The notes below the pieces were generated by a model. It was not told the DNA's origin. It searched no databases and saw only the letters and a program-made list of their open reading frames with translations. The translations under genes were made by a program, and so were the position numbers. Shown here one piece after another: positions 35,799-44,428 of a stretch of 64,000 bases of DNA; the first letter of the stretch is position 1, and each line of letters begins with the position of its first letter. The stretch comes from Anaerolineae bacterium (GTDB lineage Bacteria > Chloroflexota > Anaerolineae > Aggregatilineales > Ch27). The DNA lies in contig JABLXG010000007.1 in the NCBI GenBank assembly GCA_013178165.1, forward strand, positions 7,168-71,167, in the 5' to 3' direction.

Positions 35799-36449
35799 AT
35801 GCCCTTTCAGCCCTTCAGCCGTGTCCTTATCCTCGTGATGATCACCCTGACCCTGACGGGGTGTGGCACTTTCGCTACGCCGGTAAGCGAGGTGCAACCC
35901 ACCCGCGAGCCAGCTACCCTGGCCCCAGCCGTTCTACAGCGTATGACTCAGCCGGCAGAAGGCGCGGCCATCAGCCTGCAGCCAACCGCTACACCCACCG
36001 ACATCCCGCCAACCGAGCTACCTCCCACCGCAACGCCAACGCAGGTACCCCCCACTGCAACGGCCACCGCCACCAGCACCCCTACCTCGATCCCACCTAC
36101 AGCGACTCCAGCCAGCATCGGCGACGCGGTCAACGGAGAAGCGCTGTTCCGCAACGGCAAGGCGGCCGCGCCCGCCTGTGTCACCTGCCATATGATCGAG
36201 CAGGACACGATCCTGATCGGCCCTTCCATGGTGGGTATCGCTGCGCGTGCGGCGACCCGCGTCGAGGGTCAAAGCGCGGAGGAGTATCTGCGCCAATCGA
36301 TCCTGGAGCCGAATGCCTACCTGGTGCCGAATACAGCAACAAACATCTTCGCTGCCGGCGGCAACAGCCTGATGTTCCAGCAATACGCTGATTACCTGAC
36401 CGAGCAGGATGTCAACGACCTGATCGCCTACATGCTGTCGCTCAGGTAA
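35799..36449 (+). CDS. Lipoprotein c-type cytochrome (class I) with Thr/Pro-rich linker
   Basis: Lipobox LTLTGC, Thr/Pro linker at aa 61-105, and heme motif CVTCHMIE with a downstream IGPSM (Met ligand region). Confidence 0.8.
   Translation: MPFQPFSRVLILVMITLTLTGCGTFATPVSEVQPTREPATLAPAVLQRMTQPAEGAAISLQPTATPTDIPPTELPPTATPTQVPPTATATATSTPTSIPPTATPASIGDAVNGEALFRNGKAAAPACVTCHMIEQDTILIGPSMVGIAARAATRVEGQSAEEYLRQSILEPNAYLVPNTATNIFAAGGNSLMFQQYADYLTEQDVNDLIAYMLSLR
35979..36113 (+). repeat. Low-complexity Thr/Pro/Ala coding repeat (linker of the cytochrome c lipoprotein)
   Basis: In-frame ACN/CCN/GCN codon runs encoding QPTATPTDIPPTELPPTATPTQVPPTATATATSTPTSIPPTATPA. Confidence 0.8.
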
Positions 36450-36487
36450 CATCCAGCGACTGCCCCCCGCCTGCCAGATTCGTCTAG

Positions 36488-36517
36488 CCCTGCCTCGAGT
36501 TGAGGCAGGGTTTTTTT
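36488..36517 (+). terminator. Rho-independent terminator after the cytochrome c gene
   Basis: Perfect 9-bp stem, CCCTGCCTC (36488-36496) pairing with GAGGCAGGG (36502-36510), a 5-nt loop, then TTTTTTT (36511-36517). Confidence 0.85.
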
Positions 36518-36624
36518 GCTGTCGTCTGCGTGATCCATCTCTGAATCGCCATTTTCTGATAATGTCCATATAATACATAAGAATATCGTTATTGTGTTCT
36601 TTTGGTGTCCCGGAGCACTCCAAA

Positions 36625-38529
36625 ATGACTGATATGCCCAGCAGCAACAATGACCACTGGTATAACCCGCCCGAAGACCTCGTCCGAAACGCCCACATCC
36701 CCGACTATGAAGCGGTCTACGCCCAGGCTCAGCGCGACCCGGAAGCCTTCTGGGCGGAGCGCGCCCGCGAACTGGACTGGTTTCAGCCCTGGGACAAGGT
36801 CCTTGACGATAGTCAGGCCCCGTTCTACAGGTGGTTTGTCGGCGGCAAGACCAACATCGCCCACAACGCCCTGGATCGGCACATCGGCACCTGGCGGGCC
36901 AATAAAGTCGCCCTGATCTGGGAGGGTGAGCCGGGCGATGTTCGCTCCTTCAGCTACTGGCGGATGTGGCAGGAAGTTAACCGCTTCGCCAACATCCTGC
37001 GCAGCATGGGCGTCCGCAAAGGCGATACGGTGACCATCTATATGGGTCGTGTCCCGGAGCTGGTCTTTGCCATGCTGGCCTGCGCCAAAATCGGCGCCGT
37101 CCATTCGGTCGTCTATGGCGGCTTCAGCGAGCAGGCCCTTGCCGATCGCATCGAAGACTCCAAGAGCCGCGTGCTGGTCACCTGTGACGGCGCCTGGCTG
37201 CGCGGCAAGATCGTGCCCCTCAAGGATACCGTTGACGAAGCGGTCCGGCGTTCCCCGATTGTCGAGCATATTATTGTCGTCAGGCGCACCGGGCAGGACG
37301 TTTACATGGAGTCCGGGCGCGACTACTGGTATCACGACCTGCGGGCGCTGCCAATTGCCGCCACCCGCGCCGAGACCGAAGTGATGGACTCTGAGGATCC
37401 GCTGTTCATCCTCTACACCAGTGGCACGACCGGCAAGCCCAAGGGTGTGCTGCACACCCACGGCGGCTACCAGGTTTATGTCAGCACCACGTTGAAGTGG
37501 GTATTCGACCTCAAAGATGAAGATCGCTGGTGGTGCGCTGCCGATCCGGGCTGGATCACCGGACACAGCTACATTGTCTATGCCCCGCTGATCCTGGGCG
37601 CGACCAGCTTCATGTACGAAGGCGCACCGACCCACCCCTATCCCAACCGCTGGTGGAAGTTGATCGAATACTACGGCATCACCATCCTCTATACCGCGCC
37701 GACGGCCATCCGCGGCCTGATGCGCTTTGGCGATGCCTGGCCCAGCCGCCACGATCTGAGCAGCCTGCGTCTGCTGGGCAGCGTCGGTGAGCCGATCAAC
37801 CCGGAAGCATGGCGCTGGTACTACGAAGTGATCGGTCGAGGTCGCTGCCCGATCATGGATACCTGGTGGCAGACGGAGACGGGCGGCTTCATGATCACGC
37901 CGCTGCCCTCCGTCCGGCTCAAGCCCGGCAGCGCCACCCGCCCCTTCCCCGGCATTGAGGTGGACATCGTCGACGAGGCGGGGAATTCCGTCCCACCCGG
38001 CGTAGACGGCATGCTGGTGATCAAAAAGCCATGGCCTGCCATGTTGCGCACAGTCTACGGCGACCCACAGCGCTATATCGACCAGTACTGGAGCGCCTAC
38101 CGCAAGCAGGGCTGGTACCTGGCCGGGGATTCCGCCCGCCGCGACAAGGATGGCTATATCTGGATCATCGGTCGCATCGATGACGTGATCAAGGTCAGCG
38201 GTTACCGGCTGGGCACGGCGGAGATTGAGTCCGGCCTGGTCAGCCACCCCGCCGTGGCAGAAGCCGCCGTGATCGGCGTGCCGGATGAGATCAAGGGCAA
38301 CGCCATTTACGCCTATTGCCTGCTGGCCAAAGGCTACGCCGTCACGCCCACCCTGGAGCAGGAACTGAAGGAACACGTCCGCCACGAGGTTGGCCCAATC
38401 GCTGTCCCGGCCAGGATCGAGTTCGTGGATAGTCTGCCCAAGACCCGCAGCGGCAAGATCATGCGCCGCGTGTTGAAGGCGCGGGCGATGGGTCTGCCAG
38501 AAGGCGATGTGAGTACGATGGAGGAATGA
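36625..38529 (+). CDS. acs: Acetyl-CoA synthetase (AMP-forming)
   Basis: [18 protein letters not shown]-binding motif [56 protein letters not shown], and the C-terminal [16 protein letters not shown] lies 9 nt before ATG 36625. Confidence 0.95.
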   Translation: MTDMPSSNNDHWYNPPEDLVRNAHIPDYEAVYAQAQRDPEAFWAERARELDWFQPWDKVLDDSQAPFYRWFVGGKTNIAHNALDRHIGTWRANKVALIWEGEPGDVRSFSYWRMWQEVNRFANILRSMGVRKGDTVTIYMGRVPELVFAMLACAKIGAVHSVVYGGFSEQALADRIEDSKSRVLVTCDGAWLRGKIVPLKDTVDEAVRRSPIVEHIIVVRRTGQDVYMESGRDYWYHDLRALPIAATRAETEVMDSEDPLFILYTSGTTGKPKGVLHTHGGYQVYVSTTLKWVFDLKDEDRWWCAADPGWITGHSYIVYAPLILGATSFMYEGAPTHPYPNRWWKLIEYYGITILYTAPTAIRGLMRFGDAWPSRHDLSSLRLLGSVGEPINPEAWRWYYEVIGRGRCPIMDTWWQTETGGFMITPLPSVRLKPGSATRPFPGIEVDIVDEAGNSVPPGVDGMLVIKKPWPAMLRTVYGDPQRYIDQYWSAYRKQGWYLAGDSARRDKDGYIWIIGRIDDVIKVSGYRLGTAEIESGLVSHPAVAEAAVIGVPDEIKGNAIYAYCLLAKGYAVTPTLEQELKEHVRHEVGPIAVPARIEFVDSLPKTRSGKIMRRVLKARAMGLPEGDVSTMEE

Positions 38530-38710
38530 GCATCTGCCCGCTGGAACGGGGCGCGTCAGGCCTGGATGCGCCCCGCAAGGCCCCCGTCAGGCGCTCATCA
38601 GGATGTCAGCGCCATAGCGCCGATTGAACCGCTACCGGGCGCATGCTACCCTCAGGGCAGTCAGGGAAACCCTGGAAACATCCGGGCTGCACCGGAGGGA
38701 GAACAGCGGA

Positions 38711-39160
38711 ATGTGGTACATCACGCGGCGTTATCTCAGCCTGCTTGTGTGGCACTGGGGGCCGGTACTGGCGGCCATGCTAATGATGTTCGTCGCTTCC
38801 GCTCAGCCCAAGTATGGTCCACCGCCGGGAGCCAGCCCGTTTACGATCTACTTCTCCGGCGTGTTGCCGGTCTTCCCCGGCCTGTGGGAATTCCTGATCA
38901 AGAAGAGCGCCCATATGATCGCCTATGGCGTTCTAGCCCTGCTGCTGGCGCGGGCATTGGTTGCCTGGGGCGTGACCGCCCGCCGGGCAGCAATCCTGGC
39001 CGTGTTACTGGCCCTTGCCTACGCCTTGCTGGATGAAGCGCACCAGGCACTCGTACCGGGCCGCCATGCCTCGCTCACAGACATCGGTCTGGACGCAGCC
39101 GGAGCATCCCTGTTCATGATGGTGGGGCATTCCATCCGGAGGAAACAACCACTACCATAA
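38711..39160 (+). CDS. VanZ-family membrane protein
   Basis: Four TM helices. VanZ-like motifs KKSAHMIAYGVLALLLARAL and LLDEAHQALVPGRHASLTDIGLDAAGA. GGAGGGAG lies upstream of ATG 38711. Confidence 0.75.
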   Translation: MWYITRRYLSLLVWHWGPVLAAMLMMFVASAQPKYGPPPGASPFTIYFSGVLPVFPGLWEFLIKKSAHMIAYGVLALLLARALVAWGVTARRAAILAVLLALAYALLDEAHQALVPGRHASLTDIGLDAAGASLFMMVGHSIRRKQPLP

Positions 39161-39168
39161 GCCCGCAA

Positions 39169-39204
39169 GATCAGGGCACGGCGTTATCCTGCCGCGCCCT
39201 GATC
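39169..39204. terminator. Hairpin in the convergent gap between vanZ and the TPR gene (bidirectional terminator candidate)
   Basis: GATCAGGGC (39169-39177) pairs with GCCCTGATC (39196-39204), plus an inner CGGC/GCCG stem. On the plus strand it is followed by ATGTTT. Confidence 0.4.
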
Positions 39205-39239
39205 ATGTTTCCAGGCTCGTCTCTGTCGTCGCCTGGCCG

Positions 39240-40730
39240 CTAACGCCGGTTCAGGCGCAACTCGTACTTCCCGCCGTTGTACGCAAACTCACGCACCAGG
39301 ATGGTATACGTGCCGCTGCCGGTCAACGTGAATTCCAGCCGCGAATCGTAGCCCTCGCTGGATCCGTCATCGTTATAGGCAACCTGCAGGTTCTGCGGAT
39401 CGTACAGCGCCACAACCGGGTCAAAGCCGCTCCCGGCGTCGCTGGCTACCAGCTCAATCACCACCTGATCCCCGCTGCCGCCGCTGAAGGTCCAGCCATG
39501 CTGCTGGCCGGCGTCAAGTGTATCCCGCCGCGATTCGCCATAGCCCAGGCTGCCGCGCCCGATCACCCCCGCCGGAAGAGGCGAGCCGATAGCTTCAAAG
39601 CTCAGCACGCCGCTGGCATCCAGAGTCTGCAGCACCGGCGGCACACCGCCCGCCTCCAGCGTCCCGATCATCTCGGATATCCCACCTGCCTGCAGCGTTC
39701 CCATCACCGACTCGTCAATGGGAAAGCCCTCGGCCTGCAGAGTCGCCACAACCCCCGATGTATCGATCTGACTGATCACCTGCTGGGCGACATTGACGCC
39801 GATGGTCGGGAGCACATACGTCAGCGCCAGGCATCCCAGGCACACCAGCAGCACCAGCCCGCCTAGCACTGCCAGCAGGATGACGAGCGGGTTGGTGCCT
39901 TTCGTGGTCGCCGTCCGCGCAGTTGTAGCCGCGGGGCGCTGTTTTGCCTGGCGCGGCTGTGCCGTTCTGGCGCCTGGCCGGGACCCAGTCCCCGCCGCCG
40001 CCCCGAAAAGATCGCCTTCTGCCGGGCGCGGGCGGGTCTTGCGGCGGGGTGCCTCCGCCGCAGGCTGCCCCGCTGCGCTCTTCACAGCAAACGGGTCTTC
40101 TTCTGTTTCTGCCGCCGGCGGGCCAAAGCTCTGGGCCGGCCCAAAAGGATCGTAAGCCGGGGCAGCAGCCTGCCATTCCGTGGTCGGAGGCGCGAACGCA
40201 AACGGGTCTTCCTCGTCTGCAACGGGCGGGCCAAAGCTCTGGGCCGGGCCAAACGGATCGTATGCCGGAGCAGCGGCCTCGCGCTCCTGGGGCGAAGGTG
40301 CGAAGGCAAAGGGATCCTCCTCGCTTTCCTGCTCCGCCACTGTATACGACTCCACCGGTGGAGCGCTGGCTCCCGGCGCGGCAAACAGATCGGCCCCGGC
40401 GAACGGATCGGAAGCCGAATCTCCAGAGCCAAATTCGCCGGGTTTGGGTTCCGGCTCAGGCTCAGGTTCCGGGGCCGGGCGCGGATACAACTCGTTGATG
40501 CGGGCCAGCATCCGCTGCGCCTTTTCGTGGTCAGGACGCAGGCGTAACAGGGTCTCCAGCGCCTCGCGGGCGTCATCAGGATCGGTCAGAGCGTTGGCCA
40601 TCAGCCACCACGCGTTGGCGTCCTGCTCATTGGCCTTCAGCACCGGCAGCAGCACCTGCACCGCCTCAGCACGCCGGTTGGCTTTGATCAGTTCAGCAGC
40701 CCGGCGCAATGATTCCATCGAATCAGTCAT
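39240..40730 (-). CDS. Single-pass membrane protein: N-terminal TPR, acidic DPF-repeat region, TM helix, C-terminal PPC-like (pre-peptidase C-terminal type) beta domain
   Basis: TPR-like region (AELIKANRRAEAVQVLLPVLKANEQDANAWWLMANAL...ALETLLRLRPDHEKA). An EPEPEPEPKP run. 36-aa tandem repeats EEDPFAFAP..AAAPAYDPFGPAQSFGPP. TM helix NPLVILLAVLGGLVLLVCLGCLAL. C-terminal GWTFSGGSGDQVVIEL...YNDDGSSEGYDSRLEFTLTGSGTYTILVREF. GAAAGG lies 9 nt before ATG 40730. Confidence 0.7.
   Translation of the reverse strand: MTDSMESLRRAAELIKANRRAEAVQVLLPVLKANEQDANAWWLMANALTDPDDAREALETLLRLRPDHEKAQRMLARINELYPRPAPEPEPEPEPKPGEFGSGDSASDPFAGADLFAAPGASAPPVESYTVAEQESEEDPFAFAPSPQEREAAAPAYDPFGPAQSFGPPVADEEDPFAFAPPTTEWQAAAPAYDPFGPAQSFGPPAAETEEDPFAVKSAAGQPAAEAPRRKTRPRPAEGDLFGAAAGTGSRPGARTAQPRQAKQRPAATTARTATTKGTNPLVILLAVLGGLVLLVCLGCLALTYVLPTIGVNVAQQVISQIDTSGVVATLQAEGFPIDESVMGTLQAGGISEMIGTLEAGGVPPVLQTLDASGVLSFEAIGSPLPAGVIGRGSLGYGESRRDTLDAGQQHGWTFSGGSGDQVVIELVASDAGSGFDPVVALYDPQNLQVAYNDDGSSEGYDSRLEFTLTGSGTYTILVREFAYNGGKYELRLNRR
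40083..40322 (-). repeat. In-frame 108-nt tandem repeat, about 2.2 copies, inside the TPR/DPF gene
   Basis: The unit GGGCCAAAGCTCTGGGCCGG(C/G)CCAAA(A/C)GGATCGTA... recurs with a 108-nt period on the plus strand (near 40121 and 40229). It encodes the 36-aa EEDPFAFAP...SFGPP repeats. Confidence 0.85.
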
Positions 40731-40868
40731 TGGATCATGCCTTTCGATTGAGTCGCCAGCCAGAGCAGCGACACCCTCGTTATGGCGCATTATAGGCAAA
40801 TTGCACCTGCAGAGCTAACGCCGCCCGGCACCCGGACAACCACCGTTGTGTTAGCATAGAGACAGGCA

Positions 40869-42176
40869 GTGATACGGCAGGTTCTGGCCGGGATGCCCAT
40901 GGATTTCCAGACTGTGTTATCTCCATCCAGTGATCGCACCGATTTATCCCCGCTGATTCCACAGCTCGGCGAGGAATTCAACCTTGCCCCGCCCGGTCCG
41001 GAAGTGACACTCGCCCCGGTGCGCCGGGTGATCCTGGTAGCCGAAGCCTTCCTGCCCAAATTTGACGGCGTATCCAAGACGGTGCTGATGACCCTGCGTC
41101 ATCTGCAGTTGACCGGGCGGGAAGCGCTGGTCTTCGCCCCGGATACCGCCCCCGCCGCGATCGGCCCGACGCCGGTCATCCCGGTGCCTTCGCTGGGGAT
41201 GCCGTTTTACCCGGAGTCGCGCGTCGCCCTGCCCAACCTGGGACTGCGCCAGTATCTGGACGACTTCCAGCCCGATCTGATTCATCTGTTCAGCCCGGCG
41301 CTGTTCTCGCTCACCGTTGCCCTCGCTGGCTGGGATCGTGGCATCCCCATCGTCGCCACCTATCAAACTGATCTGCCGGGCTACAGTGAGGAATACGGCT
41401 ACCCTTTCCTGATCACGCCGATTCGTGAATGGCTCCGCGTTACCCATAATCTGTGCCACCTGACGCTGGCGCCTTCACAGGACACCCTCCGCCAGTTACG
41501 CGCCTGGAGGTTTCATCGCGTCCGTTACTGGGGACGCGGCGTCAACAGCCGCCGCTTTCACCCGGCCAGGCGTAGCACCGACGCTCGCCGCCGCCTGCTG
41601 GGCCAGCGCCCGGTTGAGTCGCTACTCTGCCTGTACGTTGGCCGCCTGGCCCGGGAGAAACACCTCGATCTGCTGCGACAGGTGGCCGAACTCCCCGGAG
41701 TCGCGCTGGCAATCGTAGGCGACGGACCGGCGCGCGCCGAGATCGAGAGCCTGTTCGCGGGTACGGAGACGGTCTTCACCGGCTACCTGTTCGGCGATGA
41801 CCTGGCTGCTGCCTATGCCAGCGCCGATATCTTTGTCTTCCCCGGCACTCGCGAGACATTTGGCCAGGTGGTACTGGAAGCGCTGGCATCCGGGCTGCCG
41901 GTAGTCGTCCCCGCCAGCGGAGGCGTTACGGACCTGGCCGTTCCCGGCGAGACGGGCATCATCTGTTCGCCAACGGCGGAGTCATTCGCTGCTGCTGTGG
42001 GCCTGCTACGCGACCAGCCGGATTTGCGCTGTCGCCTGGCCGCGGGAGCACGCGCCTATGCCGAGGCGCGCCCCTGGGAACGAATCATGGCCCAGCTGGA
42101 AGGCTACTACGCCCATGCCGTGCAACTCAACAGGCGATGGCGGAGATTCCTGAGGGCAGGTCAACCGATTACGTAA
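40869..42176 (+). CDS. Glycosyltransferase family 4 (GT-B, group 1)
   Basis: RRVILVAEAFLPKFDGVSKTV (GT4 N-terminal domain). C-terminal LYVGRLAREKHLDLL and DIFVFPGTRETFGQVVLEALASGLPVV (EX7E region). The start is uncertain: GTG 40869, ATG 40893 or 40899, or an internal GTG before RRVILV. Confidence 0.8.
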   Translation: MIRQVLAGMPMDFQTVLSPSSDRTDLSPLIPQLGEEFNLAPPGPEVTLAPVRRVILVAEAFLPKFDGVSKTVLMTLRHLQLTGREALVFAPDTAPAAIGPTPVIPVPSLGMPFYPESRVALPNLGLRQYLDDFQPDLIHLFSPALFSLTVALAGWDRGIPIVATYQTDLPGYSEEYGYPFLITPIREWLRVTHNLCHLTLAPSQDTLRQLRAWRFHRVRYWGRGVNSRRFHPARRSTDARRRLLGQRPVESLLCLYVGRLAREKHLDLLRQVAELPGVALAIVGDGPARAEIESLFAGTETVFTGYLFGDDLAAAYASADIFVFPGTRETFGQVVLEALASGLPVVVPASGGVTDLAVPGETGIICSPTAESFAAAVGLLRDQPDLRCRLAAGARAYAEARPWERIMAQLEGYYAHAVQLNRRWRRFLRAGQPIT

Positions 42177-42450
42177 TCGAGGGTGAGGAATAAGCGGAGG
42201 CAATAGCAAAGCGCCGGAGCTTAAGGCCTTGAACCACATAACACAAAGTGGGTAGTCGTAAAACGACATGACCCTATCAATTGGTGTTGGTTCGAATCGC
42301 CCCGAATGCCCGGCGCTTCTACCTGTATTATACAATGATTTTCGGTTCGTGGTGTGCAGCATCCAATGGACGCGGCGCTATGCCCTGTGCGGCTCACATC
42401 AACCTGCTGCCGCGCCAGCCATAACATCAACCGGGAGGAGAATAATTGCC

Positions 42451-42828
42451 ATGCCTGAAGCTAAAACCCTGGCTTTGATCGCCCATGACGGCAAGAAGGC
42501 GGATATGGTCGCCTTCGCCCTGGAGCATCGCGATATCCTGTCCCGCTATGAACTGGTCGCCACCGCCACCACCGGCCAGCTGCTGGCAGAGAAATGCGGA
42601 CTGAAGGTGGAATGCGTGCTCTCCGGCCCACGCGGGGGGGATGCCCAGATCGCTGCACGGGTGGCGGAAGGGGTTATCGAGGCGGTTTTCTTCTTTATCG
42701 ACCCGCTGGGCAAGCACCCGCACGACCCGGACATTCAGGGGTTGATGCGCATCTGCAACGTGCACAACGTACCACTGGCCACCAACACTGCCACCGCTGC
42801 CTTCATCATTTCCACCAAGGCGCTCTAG
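42451..42828 (+). CDS. mgsA: Methylglyoxal synthase
   Basis: LALIAHDGKKADMV, LVATATTGQLL, GPRGGDAQIAA and FFIDPLGKHPHDPDIQGLMRICNVHNVPLATN. GGGAGGAG at 42433-42440 precedes ATG 42451. The ORF-track start 42268 is an unsupported extension. Confidence 0.92.
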   Translation: MPEAKTLALIAHDGKKADMVAFALEHRDILSRYELVATATTGQLLAEKCGLKVECVLSGPRGGDAQIAARVAEGVIEAVFFFIDPLGKHPHDPDIQGLMRICNVHNVPLATNTATAAFIISTKAL

Positions 42829-42862
42829 GGCGTTCTGGGGCAGACCCAGCCATATCGTCCGC

Positions 42863-43588
42863 TCAGGCCAGCCCTTCCATGATCGCCCGAACAGTAGCAA
42901 CTGCGCGATCCGGTGAGATGCGATCGGCAGCCAGGTAATTGTCATGCAGGGCAGCCTGGACATTTGGCATGTGCGCCACCGGGATAACCGGCTGGCGGAC
43001 AGTCACGGCAGTATCCGGATCAACCACGACAATCACCGCATAAACCGGTACGTTGGTGATCCCACGCTCAGCCAGAAAGACACGCAGGGCGTTGACATCA
43101 CGGGCGGCTTCCTGAGTCGGATTCTCGCTGATTGGCTGCAGTTTGCCGCCTGAGTCGGCAAACCACAGGTTACGTTCCGAGTAGTAGGCGCCGGTGCGGC
43201 GGAAAAAGTAGAAGACCAGCACGCCGGGCGGGCCAATCAGCACGGCATCCACGTATCCCAGCCCGCGCCGCCCGATATTGCGGATGAAGGTGTAGCGATA
43301 ATCCAGGAACCGGGCCAGATATTCCGCCATCCGCAGGGCGTGAGGATTGTCGCGGGGGAAGCGCAGGCTGCGCAGGATCAGTACTCCGGCAACCAGCAAC
43401 ACAGCCAGCCCGCTCACCAGCGCAGCACCCTTGAGAAACCCGTACCAGCCAGCGCTGGACAGGGGGATGACGACCAGCAGGAACCATGCGGCGAGTATCA
43501 CCAGGCCGAACAGGGCCAACAGCATCCCACTTACCAGCAGTCGCCGGGCCTGGCGGGCCATAGCCTGAGTGGGCGAGATGTTCCGCAT
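42863..43588 (-). CDS. Membrane protein with NERD-like domain (predicted catalytically inactive)
   Basis: Two N-terminal TM helices. The region RMAEYLARFLDYRYTFIRNIGRRGLGYVDAVLIGPPGVLVFYFFRRTGAYYSERNLW...ENPTQEAARDVNALRVFL...PVYAVIVVV follows the NERD pattern. VFYFF replaces the usual IEvK core. Confidence 0.55.
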   Translation of the reverse strand: MRNISPTQAMARQARRLLVSGMLLALFGLVILAAWFLLVVIPLSSAGWYGFLKGAALVSGLAVLLVAGVLILRSLRFPRDNPHALRMAEYLARFLDYRYTFIRNIGRRGLGYVDAVLIGPPGVLVFYFFRRTGAYYSERNLWFADSGGKLQPISENPTQEAARDVNALRVFLAERGITNVPVYAVIVVVDPDTAVTVRQPVIPVAHMPNVQAALHDNYLAADRISPDRAVATVRAIMEGLA

Positions 43589-43627
43589 CGTCAGATACCC
43601 TTCTGCGCTGGCGACTACGGCATGCGA

Positions 43628-44107
43628 CTACAGGGGAGAAGCTGAATCCGCCGGCTGGGCAGGTGGCATCTCGGCGGCTTCATCCGCACCTACTTCAGCC
43701 AGCGCAGCCCGCCGCTCCAGAATTCCTTCCAGCAGACGCTTGAACTCATCCGGGTGCGGCAGGGGCTTGTACAGGAGCATGTCTGCCTGGGAGATAGCCA
43801 TCGCTTCGTCTTCTTCCGCAGGCGATATATGGTAGGCCGTGATCAGGCAAATCCCAATGTTGCCAAGGATGGGGCTTTGCCGAAGCCGGGCCGCAACTTC
43901 GATACCAGAAACGTCTGGCAGGCGGATGTCAATAATCGCCATTGGAGGGAGATCGGTCTGAATGCGCATGGCATCCACATCTTCGATCCAGGCGATGGCC
44001 TCGCTGCCATCCACAAAGGCAACGCCGTCGATCCCCCAGAATTCGAACATGGCCAGCAGCAACTCGTAGATGTCAGGCTCGTCGTCAACAACCATCCAGG
44101 TAGCCAA
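43628..44107 (-). CDS. Single-domain (CheY-like) response regulator
   Basis: VVDDEPD, phosphoacceptor context MAIIDIRLPDVSG, ICLITAY and LLYKPLP. There is no output domain, only an Ala/Glu-rich tail. It lies 39 nt upstream of, and co-directional with, the NERD-like gene. Confidence 0.85.
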   Translation of the reverse strand: MATWMVVDDEPDIYELLLAMFEFWGIDGVAFVDGSEAIAWIEDVDAMRIQTDLPPMAIIDIRLPDVSGIEVAARLRQSPILGNIGICLITAYHISPAEEDEAMAISQADMLLYKPLPHPDEFKRLLEGILERRAALAEVGADEAAEMPPAQPADSASPL

Positions 44108-44428
44108 AGCGTGCTCCTTGCCCAGCGTGCTAGCCGGAGACTTCCCACCGCCGCAGGGAAGCGGTCTACAACGGCGACGATCGGAATGTTAGTTCAATCA
44201 TAAAGAGGTATAGCTCTGGAGGCAAGCCGTACCTTGGCTGGATTGTCACGAACCTGAGACTTTCCCCTTGATCAGCCGGTTGTATCTCCTGCCATGCACT
44301 GGTAGTATGGTTAGTAGAACGTTTGCATGGGGGGAATGGCCTCCGTACGCTTTCTGACATCCTGTTCCATTGCCCAGGCGTCCAGGCGCTGCCCTATGCA
44401 TCTGAACGCCGGACCCTGACCCGGAGAG

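Noticed and set aside
35453-36391. 312-aa ORF spanning the arsM end, the intergenic gap and the cytochrome c gene in another frame
   Set aside because: It is Arg/Pro/His-rich and crosses a hairpin-containing gap. The alternative frame gives a lipobox, a linker and a CxxCH cytochrome.
36589-38385. 598-aa ORF antisense to acs
   Set aside because: Its composition is Gly/Ala/Asp/Arg-rich with no motifs. The opposite strand encodes an unmistakable acetyl-CoA synthetase. Long stop-free antisense frames are expected in GC-rich coding DNA.
42277-42320. GGTTCGAATC T-loop-like motif suggesting a tRNA or tRNA fragment (possible integration scar)
   Set aside because: The flanking bases do not form a T stem (GTTGG against CGCCC), and no acceptor, D or anticodon arms can be drawn. 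No direct repeat of the tRNA-Gly 3' end is present, and there are no integrase or mobile genes nearby.
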